Assembly (NCBI GenBank): GCA_002304935.1
Contig: DBPS01000009.1
Coordinates: 19,046 to 83,045 of the forward strand
Direction of reading: 5' to 3'
DNA length: 64,000 nt
From: Candidatus Humimicrobium oleiphilum
Lineage (GTDB): Bacteria > Actinomycetota > Humimicrobiia > Humimicrobiales > Humimicrobiaceae
The translations under genes were made by a program, and so were the position numbers. Positions 51,061 through 61,401 of the stretch are shown piece after piece; the first letter of the stretch is position 1; each line of letters starts with the position of its first letter. The notes under the pieces are model-generated. The model was given only the letters and a program-made list of their open reading frames with translations. It was not told the DNA's origin and made no database searches.

Positions 51061-51333
51061 GTGATTCCTGTGCAAAAAAAATATCATGATTTTGTCCAGA
51101 TGTTTAAAGGTATGGCTGATGAGACCAGGCTAAAGATATTGGACATGCTTTCCTCGGAAGAGTTATGTGCATGCAAAATACTGGAAGCATTTGAAATAAC
51201 CCAGCCAACACTTTCCTATCATATGAAAATACTGACTGACTGCGGTCTTGTAAATGCCAGAAGGGAAGGGGCATGGATGAAATACACTTTAAATGATGGA
51301 AACTTTAAAAAATTAAAAGAATATTTCAAATAG
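51061..51333 (+). CDS. ArsR-family transcriptional regulator (second copy)
   Basis: ELCACKILEAFEITQPTLSYHMKIL. Confidence 0.85.
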   Translation: MIPVQKKYHDFVQMFKGMADETRLKILDMLSSEELCACKILEAFEITQPTLSYHMKILTDCGLVNARREGAWMKYTLNDGNFKKLKEYFK

Positions 51334-51399
51334 TTGAAGCAGGGACAAAAAAGATAAAGGAAAATTAATTAGTTTTTTTTAATGAACAGGAGATAGGTT

Positions 51400-52416
51400 T
51401 TGAATATTTTTGTTTCGGTTTTTTCATGGCTTAATGATCAGCTATTAAAAATGGAATGGCTTTACAGGCTAATTCAGCTGTTAGTTGAAAAGGTTTTCAG
51501 GCTGGATATATCTTCACGCATCGGGGGAAGCCTGCATTTTTTTATATATGATACAATTAAGATTTTTATACTCCTGTCTATTCTTATTTTCGGAATTTCC
51601 ATAGTACAGAGCTTCTTTCCACCAGAGAGATCCAGAAAAATACTTGGAAGATTTAAAGGAATAGGGGCAAATACGATAGCAGCGCTTCTTGGAACTGTAA
51701 CTCCTTTCTGTTCATGTTCGTCAATACCTCTGTTTATAGGTTTTGTAGGAGCAGGTCTTCCCATCGGAGTTACTTTTTCTTTTCTGATATCTTCACCTCT
51801 AGTTGATCTTGCATCAGTACTTCTTCTTGCAAGTATTTTTAACTGGAAAATAGCAATTGCATACGTTATTGTCGGTGTCGTGCTTGCTGTAGTCGGCGGA
51901 AGCATAATGAGTAAATTAAAACTGGAAAGATATGTAGAGCCTTTTGTATTGGAAAACAGACTTGCACAGGCTGATACCCCGGAATTTTCAAGAAAGGACC
52001 GCCTTCTTTTTGCAAAAAGCCAGGTCACTTCAATTATAAAGAGAGTATGGCTTTATATACTGATAGGGGTAGGTATCGGGGCGCTGATACATAACTGGAT
52101 TCCTGAAAATATAATCGCTGCTGTTCTCGGAAAGGAAAATATGTTTTCAGTCATTATAGCTACAGTTATCGGCGTTCCCATGTATGCAGATATATTCGGG
52201 ACTCTTCCTGTTGCAGAAGCTCTTGCAGGAAAAGGTGTGGGAATAGGGACTGTGCTTGCTTTTATGATGGCAGTTACTGCACTTTCGCTGCCTTCAATGA
52301 TAATGCTAAAAAAAGTAGTTAAACTGAAACTACTTGTTATTTTTGCAGTTATTGTAATTATAGGCATTGTTTTGATAGGTTATTTATTTAATGCAATTGG
52401 ATTTTTATTTTTATAG
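51400..52416 (+). CDS. permease (DUF318-type two-repeat membrane permease commonly paired with ArsR and a small thioredoxin)
   Basis: 8-10 TM, TPFCSCSSIP motif. Confidence 0.65.
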   Translation: MNIFVSVFSWLNDQLLKMEWLYRLIQLLVEKVFRLDISSRIGGSLHFFIYDTIKIFILLSILIFGISIVQSFFPPERSRKILGRFKGIGANTIAALLGTVTPFCSCSSIPLFIGFVGAGLPIGVTFSFLISSPLVDLASVLLLASIFNWKIAIAYVIVGVVLAVVGGSIMSKLKLERYVEPFVLENRLAQADTPEFSRKDRLLFAKSQVTSIIKRVWLYILIGVGIGALIHNWIPENIIAAVLGKENMFSVIIATVIGVPMYADIFGTLPVAEALAGKGVGIGTVLAFMMAVTALSLPSMIMLKKVVKLKLLVIFAVIVIIGIVLIGYLFNAIGFLFL

Positions 52417-52470
52417 GCTTTGAATATTTAAACAACTATATAGATGACAGCAGGATAAGGTGTAAACGCG

Positions 52471-53079
52471 ATGGATGAAAATAATATTAACAACAATGAA
52501 GAAAACAAGATTGGGGAGAGCGGGCATCCGATTATTAATAAGAATACGGCAAATGATAAAAACAGGAAAAAAGCTCTCTTGGTGAAGATATTTGTTCCTG
52601 TGCTGATAGTCTTCATTATTGCAGGCATTTATTTTCTTAAAAATTATCCGAAAAAACCACCGGCTGAACCTATTCTTCCTGAGTATGCTCTTGATGCTAC
52701 CTATGATTTCAATCTTGAAGAAATATTATCTCTCGGACTTCCGGTTATGATAGACTTCGGTGCGGATTCATGTCAGCCCTGCAGGCAGATGGCACCGGTT
52801 CTGGTAGAACTGAATGAGGAACTGCAGGGAAAGGCAGTCATAAAATTTGTTGACGTCTGGAAAAATCCGAACATTGCCAGTGAAATTCCTTTAAGAGTGA
52901 TACCTACGCAATTCTTTTTTTATCCTGACGGTTCACCATATGTGCCTTCAGATGTACTGAGCAGTAATCTGATAACCTATCAGCATAAAGAAACCGGCAT
53001 GCACTTTTTTACAGCTCATGAAGGCGGCATGGATAAAAATTCTATTTTAAAAATACTTGAAGATATGGGAATGAAATGA
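52471..53079 (+). CDS. membrane-anchored thioredoxin-family protein (CQPC active site)
   Basis: single TM then thioredoxin fold with CxxC. Confidence 0.75.
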   Translation: MDENNINNNEENKIGESGHPIINKNTANDKNRKKALLVKIFVPVLIVFIIAGIYFLKNYPKKPPAEPILPEYALDATYDFNLEEILSLGLPVMIDFGADSCQPCRQMAPVLVELNEELQGKAVIKFVDVWKNPNIASEIPLRVIPTQFFFYPDGSPYVPSDVLSSNLITYQHKETGMHFFTAHEGGMDKNSILKILEDMGMK

Positions 53080-53768
53080 TTAACGACTGGCTTGAAACAA
53101 TAAAAAATATTATTATTTCAAATTTCTGGCTGGCGCCTGTTTTTGCATTTCTGGCTGGCGTTCTGACTTCTTTTACTCCCTGTTCCCTGTCAAGTGTTCC
53201 GCTTGTCATTGGATTTGTAGGGGGTTATGCAGGAAATGATACGAAAAAAGCTTTCAGATATTCCATTGTATTCTGTTTCGGCATGACAATTACCTTCACC
53301 ATATTAGGAGTACTTGCTTCAATTTTCGGAAGAATTATGCAGAATGCCGGTTCCTGGTGGTATATAATCCTTGGGACACTGATGGTTTTAATGGCTTTGC
53401 AGATGTGGGGCATAATAAATGTAATTTCTGCACAGGCTGATATCAGTAAACAGAATAAAAAAGGTTATTCGGGTGCGGTTCTTGCAGGTATTCTCGGAGG
53501 GTTTTTTGCTTCCCCGTGTGCAACACCGGTACTGGTTGTCCTTCTTGCCATGGTTGCTGAAAGAGGGAATATCGTGCTGGGAATAATTCTGCTGCTTTTA
53601 TATTCAGCTGGTCATAGCGTCCTTCTTCTGGTCGCAGGTACTTCAATAGGTTTTGTAAAACAAGTTTCATCATCACAGAAATTTGAGAAATACAGCAAAG
53701 TCTTCAATATAACAATGGGGATGATAATATTATTATTTGCTTTTTACTTATTTTATACAGGATTTTAG
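53076..53768 (+). CDS. ccdA: cytochrome c biogenesis/disulfide reductant transporter CcdA (DsbD transmembrane domain)
   Basis: two conserved Cys in TM1/TM4 (FTPCSLSS, SPCATPVL). Confidence 0.8.
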   Translation: MINDWLETIKNIIISNFWLAPVFAFLAGVLTSFTPCSLSSVPLVIGFVGGYAGNDTKKAFRYSIVFCFGMTITFTILGVLASIFGRIMQNAGSWWYIILGTLMVLMALQMWGIINVISAQADISKQNKKGYSGAVLAGILGGFFASPCATPVLVVLLAMVAERGNIVLGIILLLLYSAGHSVLLLVAGTSIGFVKQVSSSQKFEKYSKVFNITMGMIILLFAFYLFYTGF

Positions 53769-53782
53769 AAAGGAGGGCACAA

Positions 53783-54022
53783 ATGGAAATAAAGGTAATA
53801 GGACCGGGATGCAGGAACTGCAAAAACCTTCTTGCAATTGTAAAGCAGGTTGTCCGGGATACAGGAATTGAAGCTGAAGTAATCTATCTGACTGATATGG
53901 CTGATGTCATGAAAACAGGAATAATGCAGACTCCCGGACTTATGATAAACGGTAAAATCAAGACTGTGGGCAGAGTTCCAGGATTAAAAGAAATAAAGCA
54001 ATTCATATCCGAAGAAATGTAA
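53783..54022 (+). CDS. thioredoxin-like redox-active disulfide protein 2 (CxxC, 79 aa)
   Basis: MEIKVIGPGCRNCKNL motif typical of MTH895/TM0996-type proteins in ars operons. Confidence 0.8.
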   Translation: MEIKVIGPGCRNCKNLLAIVKQVVRDTGIEAEVIYLTDMADVMKTGIMQTPGLMINGKIKTVGRVPGLKEIKQFISEEM

Positions 54023-54063
54023 CATAATATTAAAAGTTTGAGAAAGCATGAAGAGAGGTTTTC

Positions 54064-55125
54064 ATGGCAAAAGAAAAGGTCCAGGGTATCGGTTTTTTTG
54101 AAAAATATCTGACTTTATGGGTTGTAATCTGTATGGTAGCAGGTATTCTTATTGGGAGATATCTTCCGTCAGTACCGGCTTTTCTTGGAAGATTTGAGTA
54201 CGCGCAGGTTTCTATACCCATTGCTGTGCTTATCTGGTTTATGATATATCCGATGATGATGAAAGTAGATTTTACCAGCATAAAAAATGTCGGGAAAAAT
54301 CCGAAAGGGCTTTTTATTACATGGGTAACCAACTGGCTTATAAAACCTTTTACAATGTATGGAATTGCTTTCTTCTTCTTTTATGTGGTTTTCAAATCGA
54401 TTATTTCTGCGGGACTTGCAAAAGATTATCTGGCAGGTGCTATTCTTCTGGGGGCTGCTCCATGCACAGCAATGGTTTTTGTATGGAGTCTTTTGACAAG
54501 AGGAAATCCAGCCTATACAGTAGTGCAGGTTGCTACAAATGATCTGATTATTCTTTTTGCTTTTACCCCCATAGTAGCATTTTTACTAGGTGTAAGTGGT
54601 GTCAAAATACCATGGCTGACTCTTATTTTATCTGTTGTCTTATTTGTAGTTATTCCTCTGGCAGGTGGTGTTCTTACTAGATTCCTTGTTTTAAAACGGA
54701 AGGGTATGGATTATTTTGAAAATAAGTTTTTACCGAAATTCAATAATGTAACTATTATAGGCCTGCTTCTGACACTTATAATAATTTTCTCTTTTCAGGG
54801 GAACGTAATAATTGCAAATCCTCTTCATATAATTTTAATTGCAGTTCCTCTTGTAATCCAGACTTTTTTGATTTTCTTTATAGCCTATCTTGCATCAAAA
54901 GCTTTAAAGCTTACACATGATATAGCTGCTCCTGCAGGTATGATAGGAGCCTCCAATTTTTTTGAACTTTCAGTAGCTGTTGCAATCTCTTTATTTGGTG
55001 CGAATTCGCCAGTTGCTCTTGCAACCATAGTAGGTGTACTTGTAGAAGTTCCGGTAATGCTTGTACTGGTCAGGATTGCAAATAGAACAACTCACTGGTT
55101 CCCAACAAAAAAATCAGTTAAATAG
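54064..55125 (+). CDS. acr3: arsenite efflux transporter, ACR3 family
   Basis: N-terminal GFFEKYLTLWV and 10-TM BART fold. Confidence 0.85.
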   Translation: MAKEKVQGIGFFEKYLTLWVVICMVAGILIGRYLPSVPAFLGRFEYAQVSIPIAVLIWFMIYPMMMKVDFTSIKNVGKNPKGLFITWVTNWLIKPFTMYGIAFFFFYVVFKSIISAGLAKDYLAGAILLGAAPCTAMVFVWSLLTRGNPAYTVVQVATNDLIILFAFTPIVAFLLGVSGVKIPWLTLILSVVLFVVIPLAGGVLTRFLVLKRKGMDYFENKFLPKFNNVTIIGLLLTLIIIFSFQGNVIIANPLHIILIAVPLVIQTFLIFFIAYLASKALKLTHDIAAPAGMIGASNFFELSVAVAISLFGANSPVALATIVGVLVEVPVMLVLVRIANRTTHWFPTKKSVK

Positions 55126-55211
55126 CAATAATTACGATAAATAATATTTGGTTTTTGAAAATAGAAAAACCTGGATTAAAGTACATGTTTTTTATTATTC
55201 AATTATAGTAG

Positions 55212-56603
55212 CTAATATTTGAACAAAGTCAGATTTTCAGCAATATGATGGAAATATTTTCCTGATTCCTTGATAGTTCTTTTCAGCTGAGGGTCCTTAA
55301 AATCAATACTTACAAGCCCGAATCTTCTTGATGGCCCGTATGCAAGCTCAAAATTGTCGAAAGTCGACCAGTGAAAATAACCAATTACAGGGATACCTTC
55401 ATTAATTGCTTTCATAATAAAAAAAAGATGTCCGTAGATACTTTCAATTCTCAAATCATCGTCATTTGTTGAATTTCCATTCTCAGTTACAAGTATGGGT
55501 TTTTTGTATTTTTCATAAAAAAATTTTATATTTCTATAGACCCCTTCCGGATAAATTTCAAAAATATCATCATGCTTCAGTCCATTTTCGTCCAGGAATT
55601 TTTTACCCTTTTCCGTATTAGCCAGAATTGCTGTCTTGTCTATAAGAAGTCTTCCATAATAAGAAAATCCAACGTAGTCGAATTTCCCGTTTTTGGTAAA
55701 GCGTTCATGGACACCTTCATTTTGAATTCTGTCAGCAAATTTTATTATCATTTTCTGGAAAATATTTTTTTTGCTGACCGGCTCCATGTACATATATGCA
55801 TGCGAAATACCGACGAGGATTTGAGGATATTGCTCTTTTATAAAGTCATATATTTTATTATGAGCTTCTGCCATATTTTTTAATGTTTTGTGCCATCTTA
55901 TAAGAGAAAACCTGCTTCCTGGAAATTCCGGAGATATATGCATCAGGAATGCGTATCCATTCGGTTCGTTAAAAGTATTTACGATATCAATATTCTCATG
56001 AAAAGTATCTAAAACCTTTTTGCTGTAATCAATATACATATCCACTGAATCTTTTGAAAGCCAGCCGCCTTTCCTGATGAACCATCCGGGATTAGAGAAA
56101 TGATTAAGTACAAGGCATACTTTTTTGTTATTTTTCTTAAGGGTTTCAAATATATACTTATAATGTTTTAGCACATCTTCATCAAGTTTTGAAAAAGGAT
56201 TTTTCTGCAATCCGGACCAGTCCATTGAAAATCTATAGGAGTTTCCAAGATACAATATGTATTCCATATCCTCTTTATAGCGCCCATAATGATCTATTGC
56301 TTTTCCCAGCAAGGTCCCATCCCTGCCCCTGAAACCCTTCCACTCGGTATTTCCTTCTCCTTCAATCTGAAATGCGCTTGTTGCAGTACCTATTATAAAA
56401 TCAGAGGGGAATCCGGGTATGAAGTTTGTTTCCCGGCTGAAAGCATTCTTTTTTAAATCTATATCCGGATCATGTATCATTTTAGAAGTAAGCATTCTAT
56501 TCATAATTGTTATGATTGTTATGAAAAAAATTATTATATATAATAATCTAAATAGCAATTTTTCTATCAGTTTTATAAAACCTTTTTTACTTGTCATTTT
56601 CAA
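55212..56603 (-). CDS. glycoside hydrolase family 1 (beta-glucosidase-like) with N-terminal transmembrane anchor
   Basis: TFNEP acid/base and VTENG nucleophile motifs; N-terminal TM helix. Confidence 0.8.
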   Translation of the reverse strand: MKMTSKKGFIKLIEKLLFRLLYIIIFFITIITIMNRMLTSKMIHDPDIDLKKNAFSRETNFIPGFPSDFIIGTATSAFQIEGEGNTEWKGFRGRDGTLLGKAIDHYGRYKEDMEYILYLGNSYRFSMDWSGLQKNPFSKLDEDVLKHYKYIFETLKKNNKKVCLVLNHFSNPGWFIRKGGWLSKDSVDMYIDYSKKVLDTFHENIDIVNTFNEPNGYAFLMHISPEFPGSRFSLIRWHKTLKNMAEAHNKIYDFIKEQYPQILVGISHAYMYMEPVSKKNIFQKMIIKFADRIQNEGVHERFTKNGKFDYVGFSYYGRLLIDKTAILANTEKGKKFLDENGLKHDDIFEIYPEGVYRNIKFFYEKYKKPILVTENGNSTNDDDLRIESIYGHLFFIMKAINEGIPVIGYFHWSTFDNFELAYGPSRRFGLVSIDFKDPQLKRTIKESGKYFHHIAENLTLFKY

Positions 56604-56686
56604 TTTTATTATTTTATATTCTGAATTTTCCGATTTGTTTAAATTATCTTTTTAAAATATTTTAAAAATCAGATATCAGGACCAGG

Positions 56687-56998
56687 ATGAACAGATTTCT
56701 CATAAAATTAAACAGAATACTATGTTATGTTTTGCTCCCTCTTTTTATAGCAATAATGATTACGGGATATACAAATACCGGACACTTCACTTTTTTAAAC
56801 AGAGGGATTGCAAACACTCTTCACTCTGTCTGGCTGAATATCGCTTTTCTTGTTCTTTTTACAGTCCATTCCCTTATCGGTATCAGGCTTGCATTAATCA
56901 GAAATAAAGCCACAAATAAGATTCTGGATATGATTTTAATAGTCACAGGAATTATATTCATAAGCGGCTTTACATATTTTGCATTCAGGGCAGGATAA
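56687..56998 (+). CDS. small His-containing membrane protein (DUF4405/cytochrome-b-like candidate)
   Basis: 103 aa, 3 TM, His in each hydrophobic segment (NTGHFTF, NTLHSVW, FTVHSLIG). Confidence 0.45.
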   Translation: MNRFLIKLNRILCYVLLPLFIAIMITGYTNTGHFTFLNRGIANTLHSVWLNIAFLVLFTVHSLIGIRLALIRNKATNKILDMILIVTGIIFISGFTYFAFRAG

Positions 56999-57002
56999 AA
57001 AG

Positions 57003-58205
57003 ATGAAGAGGAGAACCATAGCCATACTTTTAATTATTTTCCTGGCTGCCAGTCTGGCATTTTTCGGGTATTTCATAGGAAGAAACGAAATTAAAAAAGC
57101 AGCGATTGCCAGGGAGCAGAATCCTGCTTCAGATTTTAACCCAGGTGATATAAATGCAGACCTCATAAAGGATGATTTAGATTTTGCGGCTTCTATCCCT
57201 GAAATAAAAATGAAATTTACGGGAATGCTCGAAAATGAGCTGGAAATAACTTTTCTTGATATAGTTACAAAATTCAAGGATAAAATCATTGATTTTTCCG
57301 CCACAGGTGAGAGAAGTGACGGGGAAGTCATTTCAGTAAATTATACCGGTATCAGATTAAACGAGATACTTTCATCCCTGAAAATACTGGACAATTCCCA
57401 AAACCTTGTTGTATTTGCATCTGATTTTTATTCTATTGTGCTCAGTAATAATGAAATCAGAAATGACAATATATATCTTGTTTGGAAAAAAGACGGTCAG
57501 TACCTGAATCCTTCAGAAGATGGTTTTTTAAAAATAGTGATAGACGGCGGCAAGACAAATATGTGGATTAAAAATCCTCTTCTTTTTGATTTTGTAGGTG
57601 AATTTGATTACACTCTTCCTTTATCTGAGAACATGGTTTCTGAAAGTGTGATAACTTATATCACAGAAGAAGAACTTTTCAGGCTTCAGATATCTTCAAC
57701 GCCCCAGATCAGTACAGAGACATGGGTGCTGAAATTTTCAGGGCTGGTGGAAAACGAGTTTTTCATTACTTATGATGATATAAGAAAAATGCCCCAGAAA
57801 ACAGTGTACGCAACTCTAGAAACAATTTCCAACCCCATGGGAGGTCCCATGATAGGCAGTGCTTTCTGGACAGGAGTTCCGTTTTCCTATCTTCTGGAAA
57901 AAGCCGGGCTCAAAGAAGATGCTCTGGAGGTAGTATTTTATTGTGCAGATAAATATTCAACAAGCATTACTATTGATGAGGCATTAAGAGAAGATGTGGT
58001 ACTTGCATATAAAATAAACGGAGAACTTCTTCCGGATTATCACGGATATCCTGTAAGAATGGTTCTGCCAGACAAATACGGTATGAAGTGGGCAAAATGG
58101 ATAAACGAGATCGAAATAGTGGATTATGACTATAAAGGTTTTTGGGAAGAACAGGGCTGGTCTGATTATGCGGGAAGAGACAGACCGGACCAGCGTTTTG
58201 ACTGA
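57003..58205 (+). CDS. membrane-anchored molybdopterin-binding-domain (sulfite-oxidase fold) protein lacking the Mo-ligand Cys; tandem domain (ORF frame opens at 56979)
   Basis: C-terminal YHGYPVRMVLPDKYGMKWAKWINEIEIV Moco-domain signature; TLETISNP replaces the consensus LECAGN (Cys to Thr, as recalled). Confidence 0.6.
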   Translation: MKRRTIAILLIIFLAASLAFFGYFIGRNEIKKAAIAREQNPASDFNPGDINADLIKDDLDFAASIPEIKMKFTGMLENELEITFLDIVTKFKDKIIDFSATGERSDGEVISVNYTGIRLNEILSSLKILDNSQNLVVFASDFYSIVLSNNEIRNDNIYLVWKKDGQYLNPSEDGFLKIVIDGGKTNMWIKNPLLFDFVGEFDYTLPLSENMVSESVITYITEEELFRLQISSTPQISTETWVLKFSGLVENEFFITYDDIRKMPQKTVYATLETISNPMGGPMIGSAFWTGVPFSYLLEKAGLKEDALEVVFYCADKYSTSITIDEALREDVVLAYKINGELLPDYHGYPVRMVLPDKYGMKWAKWINEIEIVDYDYKGFWEEQGWSDYAGRDRPDQRFD

Positions 58206-58613
58206 TTAATCTTCAGCTATATCAAAATAAAATTGAATTTTTTTGACTATTTCCTGCTTTGCTGATTCATCACCGATAAACCCGCACTCATTTTCAAGTC
58301 TTTCCTTTTAGAACTAAATTATAGCTTAAGCAATGGTTCACTTTTAAATCATAAATTTAAAAAAAACGGTTCACTTTTAAAATGTAGATGACAAAAAAAT
58401 AAAATAACTTGATTTTTTTAAATTTAGTATTTAATATCAGTAAAAGCACTATTTTTTTAGTGAAAATTAATATTTTAGGGTGATTTCTTCATTTTTGAAG
58501 CGTTCCCATTTTTATTTAATTCTTATTCTTAATCTTTGAAGCAATAATTTTAATTTTTTATATAAATCCAAAAAAGAAAAATAGATTTATCTTACTGAAA
58601 GGGGTAATTTTTC

Positions 58614-60197
58614 GTGGAAAGTGAAAACAATACGGATAACCGGCAGATTCTTGAAACCAAGACTCTCGCTGATTTACAGATAATAGCAAAAAATTTTGGG
58701 GTTACTTCCGTAACAAAATATAAAAAGTCTGATTTAATCAATAAGATTATCGAAATCACAAATCCTCCGGCAGCCAAACCAACTGTCGATGTAACATCAA
58801 AGGAAACTATAACAATACAGGAACCTGCAGGAGAAGAAAACCATTTGAAATTTTCAGAAAGCAAGGCAGATAATGTATTGCCTGAAGAAAAACAGCAGGA
58901 AGAAAAATTAAAAGCGAAACCTGTGGAAACTGAAGAGGGAAATGAAGAAGAATTTGAAGAGATCGAGGTAAAAGAAGCTGAAAAAACTGCTGTATCAGAG
59001 GAAAAAGCTGAACCGGAAAAAGCTAAGAAATCATATGCTGAAAAAGAAGTTTATGAAGAAAGAATGAAAGGAATCCTGGATATACTTACAGACGGATATG
59101 GTTTTTTAAGGACATCCGGATATCTGCCAGGTGCAAACGATATATATGTTTCACAATCCCAGATCAGGAAATTTCATTTAAGGCAGGGAAATGAAGTATA
59201 TGGTGTTGTCAGGCCACCGAAAGAGAATGAAAAATATAATGCTCTTTTAAGAATAGAAAAAGTAGATGGTTCTGAGCCTGATGCCATGAGAAGGAGGGTC
59301 CCTTTTGAGGCGCTGACTCCCTTATATCCTATGCAGAGATTAAGGCTTGAGACTGTGCATGGCGGCATAACTCCCAGGGTTATCGACCTTGTTGCTCCTA
59401 TCGGAAAAGGTCAGAGAGGACTTATTGTCTCTCCCCCCAAGGCAGGCAAGACAACTATTCTGAAAGAGTTGGCAAACAGTATAGCTACAAATAATCCCGA
59501 AGTAGTAATAATGGTTCTTCTTGTAGATGAAAGACCTGAAGAGGTAACTGATATGGAAAGATCGGTTAAAGGCTATGTAATAAGTTCCACATTTGACATG
59601 CCATCAGAAAATCACATACAGGTATCAGAGCTTGTTATGGAAAGAGCCAAAAGGCTTGTTGAACAGGGGAAAGATGTACTGATACTTCTGGACAGTATAA
59701 CCAGACTTGCCAGAGCTTATAATCTTTCAACTCCTGCAAGTGGCAGAGTGCTTTCCGGTGGTGTGGACTCTACAGCTTTATTCCCTCCCAAAAGATTTTT
59801 CGGTGCAGCAAGAAATATTGAAAATGGCGGAAGCCTTACAATTCTTGCAACTGCCCTTATAGATACAGGAAGCAGGATGGATGAAGTCATATTTGAAGAA
59901 TTCAAGGGAACCGGAAATATGGAAATAAATCTGGACAGAAAGCTTGCAGACAAAAGGATTTTCCCTGCAATCGACATTACCCGTTCTGGAACAAGAAAAG
60001 AAGAACTGCTGATGAGTGAGGATGAAGCCAATCTTGTCTGGAGGCTCAGAAGGATACTATACGATAAGGAACCTGAGATAGCAATTGAGCAGCTGATAGA
60101 TTATATAAGAAAAACAAAGACAAACAGAGATTTCCTTCATATCATAAAAAACACTTTCAAGAGTGAAGAATCTCCATTTAATTCAAGAACCCTTTGA
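58614..60197 (+). CDS. rho: transcription termination factor Rho with ~130-aa E/K-rich N-terminal insertion
   Basis: [17 protein letters not shown] motif, Walker A PPKAGKT, RecA fold; GTG start. Confidence 0.9.
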   Translation: MESENNTDNRQILETKTLADLQIIAKNFGVTSVTKYKKSDLINKIIEITNPPAAKPTVDVTSKETITIQEPAGEENHLKFSESKADNVLPEEKQQEEKLKAKPVETEEGNEEEFEEIEVKEAEKTAVSEEKAEPEKAKKSYAEKEVYEERMKGILDILTDGYGFLRTSGYLPGANDIYVSQSQIRKFHLRQGNEVYGVVRPPKENEKYNALLRIEKVDGSEPDAMRRRVPFEALTPLYPMQRLRLETVHGGITPRVIDLVAPIGKGQRGLIVSPPKAGKTTILKELANSIATNNPEVVIMVLLVDERPEEVTDMERSVKGYVISSTFDMPSENHIQVSELVMERAKRLVEQGKDVLILLDSITRLARAYNLSTPASGRVLSGGVDSTALFPPKRFFGAARNIENGGSLTILATALIDTGSRMDEVIFEEFKGTGNMEINLDRKLADKRIFPAIDITRSGTRKEELLMSEDEANLVWRLRRILYDKEPEIAIEQLIDYIRKTKTNRDFLHIIKNTFKSEESPFNSRTL

Positions 60198-60313
60198 TTT
60201 GCCTGATTTTTATGGTAATATATTTTGCTTAATTATTTTGTTGCGGCAATGTCCTGCAGCTTTATATTTTAATTTTTCATGAAAAATATTTTTAATAGAG
60301 AGGTAGATTTTTA

Positions 60314-60535
60314 ATGAAACAGGAAGGTCATCCGGAATATTTTGATTGTGTTGTAACGTGTTCATGCGGCAATACCTGGACCACAAGGTCAACCAAAAAA
60401 GAGCTAAAGCTTGATATCTGTTCAGCCTGTCATCCTTTTTATACAGGAAAGCAAAAACTGATTGACAGTGGTGGAAGAGTCGACAGGTTTAAAAAGATGA
60501 TGAAAAAAGTACAGAAAACAAACAATCCAAAATAA
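60314..60535 (+). CDS. rpmE: 50S ribosomal protein L31 (Zn-ribbon type)
   Basis: HPEY...CSCGNTW...[12 protein letters not shown]. Confidence 0.9.
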   Translation: MKQEGHPEYFDCVVTCSCGNTWTTRSTKKELKLDICSACHPFYTGKQKLIDSGGRVDRFKKMMKKVQKTNNPK

Positions 60536-60717
60536 TTATTGTAAATATTTTTTTGTTTATTAAAGTAAGTTATATCAAGCAGATTAAATAAAATATAATT
60601 TTAATAAATTTGTTTTTTCTTTTGCCATATTTTTTATCGAAAATAATTAAAATCAATCTTTGGCTAAAAGAATTTCGTAATTTATAATTGCCATTTTAAT
60701 TTTTACCGGGAATTAAT

Positions 60718-61401
60718 ATGAAAGTAAAACTAATAAGATATACACCTGATCCGGAAAGGCTTGTTGCTGTTGCAGCAAGATTATGCTATTCACCTGTAGG
60801 CGTTGAAGATCTTGATGAAAAACTGGATATTGAATCTGCAAGAAAACTTGTCAGATTTGTTATAAAAAGCGGCCATCACAGCACTACAGAGCATATTTAT
60901 TTTTCTTTCGGGATTGAAGGTATTTCAAGAGCTTTAAGCCACCAGCTTGTAAGACACAGGATAGCATCTTTTAATCAGCAGTCTCAGAGATATGTCAAAT
61001 TTATTGAGAATTATGAGTATATTTTGCCTGATTCAATAAAAAACAATAAAAAATTTAGCGACAGGTTCAATAACCTTGTTTCAGAAACCCATGAATTTTA
61101 TGAAGAAATGGTAAATGAAGGAATTGAAGCTGAAGATGCACGATATATCCTGCCAAATGCGAGTGAGACAAAAATGATCGTTACAATGAATGCACGTGAA
61201 CTCATGCATTTCTTTACAGTCCGATGCTGCAACAGAGCACAGACAGAAATAAGAGAGCTTGCAACCATAATGCTTAAAGAAGCAAAGAAGGTTGCTCCTT
61301 CAGTTTTTGAAAACTCTGGGCCAAACTGTCTCAGAATGCCCTGTCCGGAAGGCAAATATTCCTGCGGGAATCCCCCAAAGGCAAGTGATTTTGATGCCTG
61401 A
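60718..61401 (+). CDS. thyX: flavin-dependent thymidylate synthase
   Basis: ThyX motif RHRIASFNQQSQRY. Confidence 0.9.
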   Translation: MKVKLIRYTPDPERLVAVAARLCYSPVGVEDLDEKLDIESARKLVRFVIKSGHHSTTEHIYFSFGIEGISRALSHQLVRHRIASFNQQSQRYVKFIENYEYILPDSIKNNKKFSDRFNNLVSETHEFYEEMVNEGIEAEDARYILPNASETKMIVTMNARELMHFFTVRCCNRAQTEIRELATIMLKEAKKVAPSVFENSGPNCLRMPCPEGKYSCGNPPKASDFDA

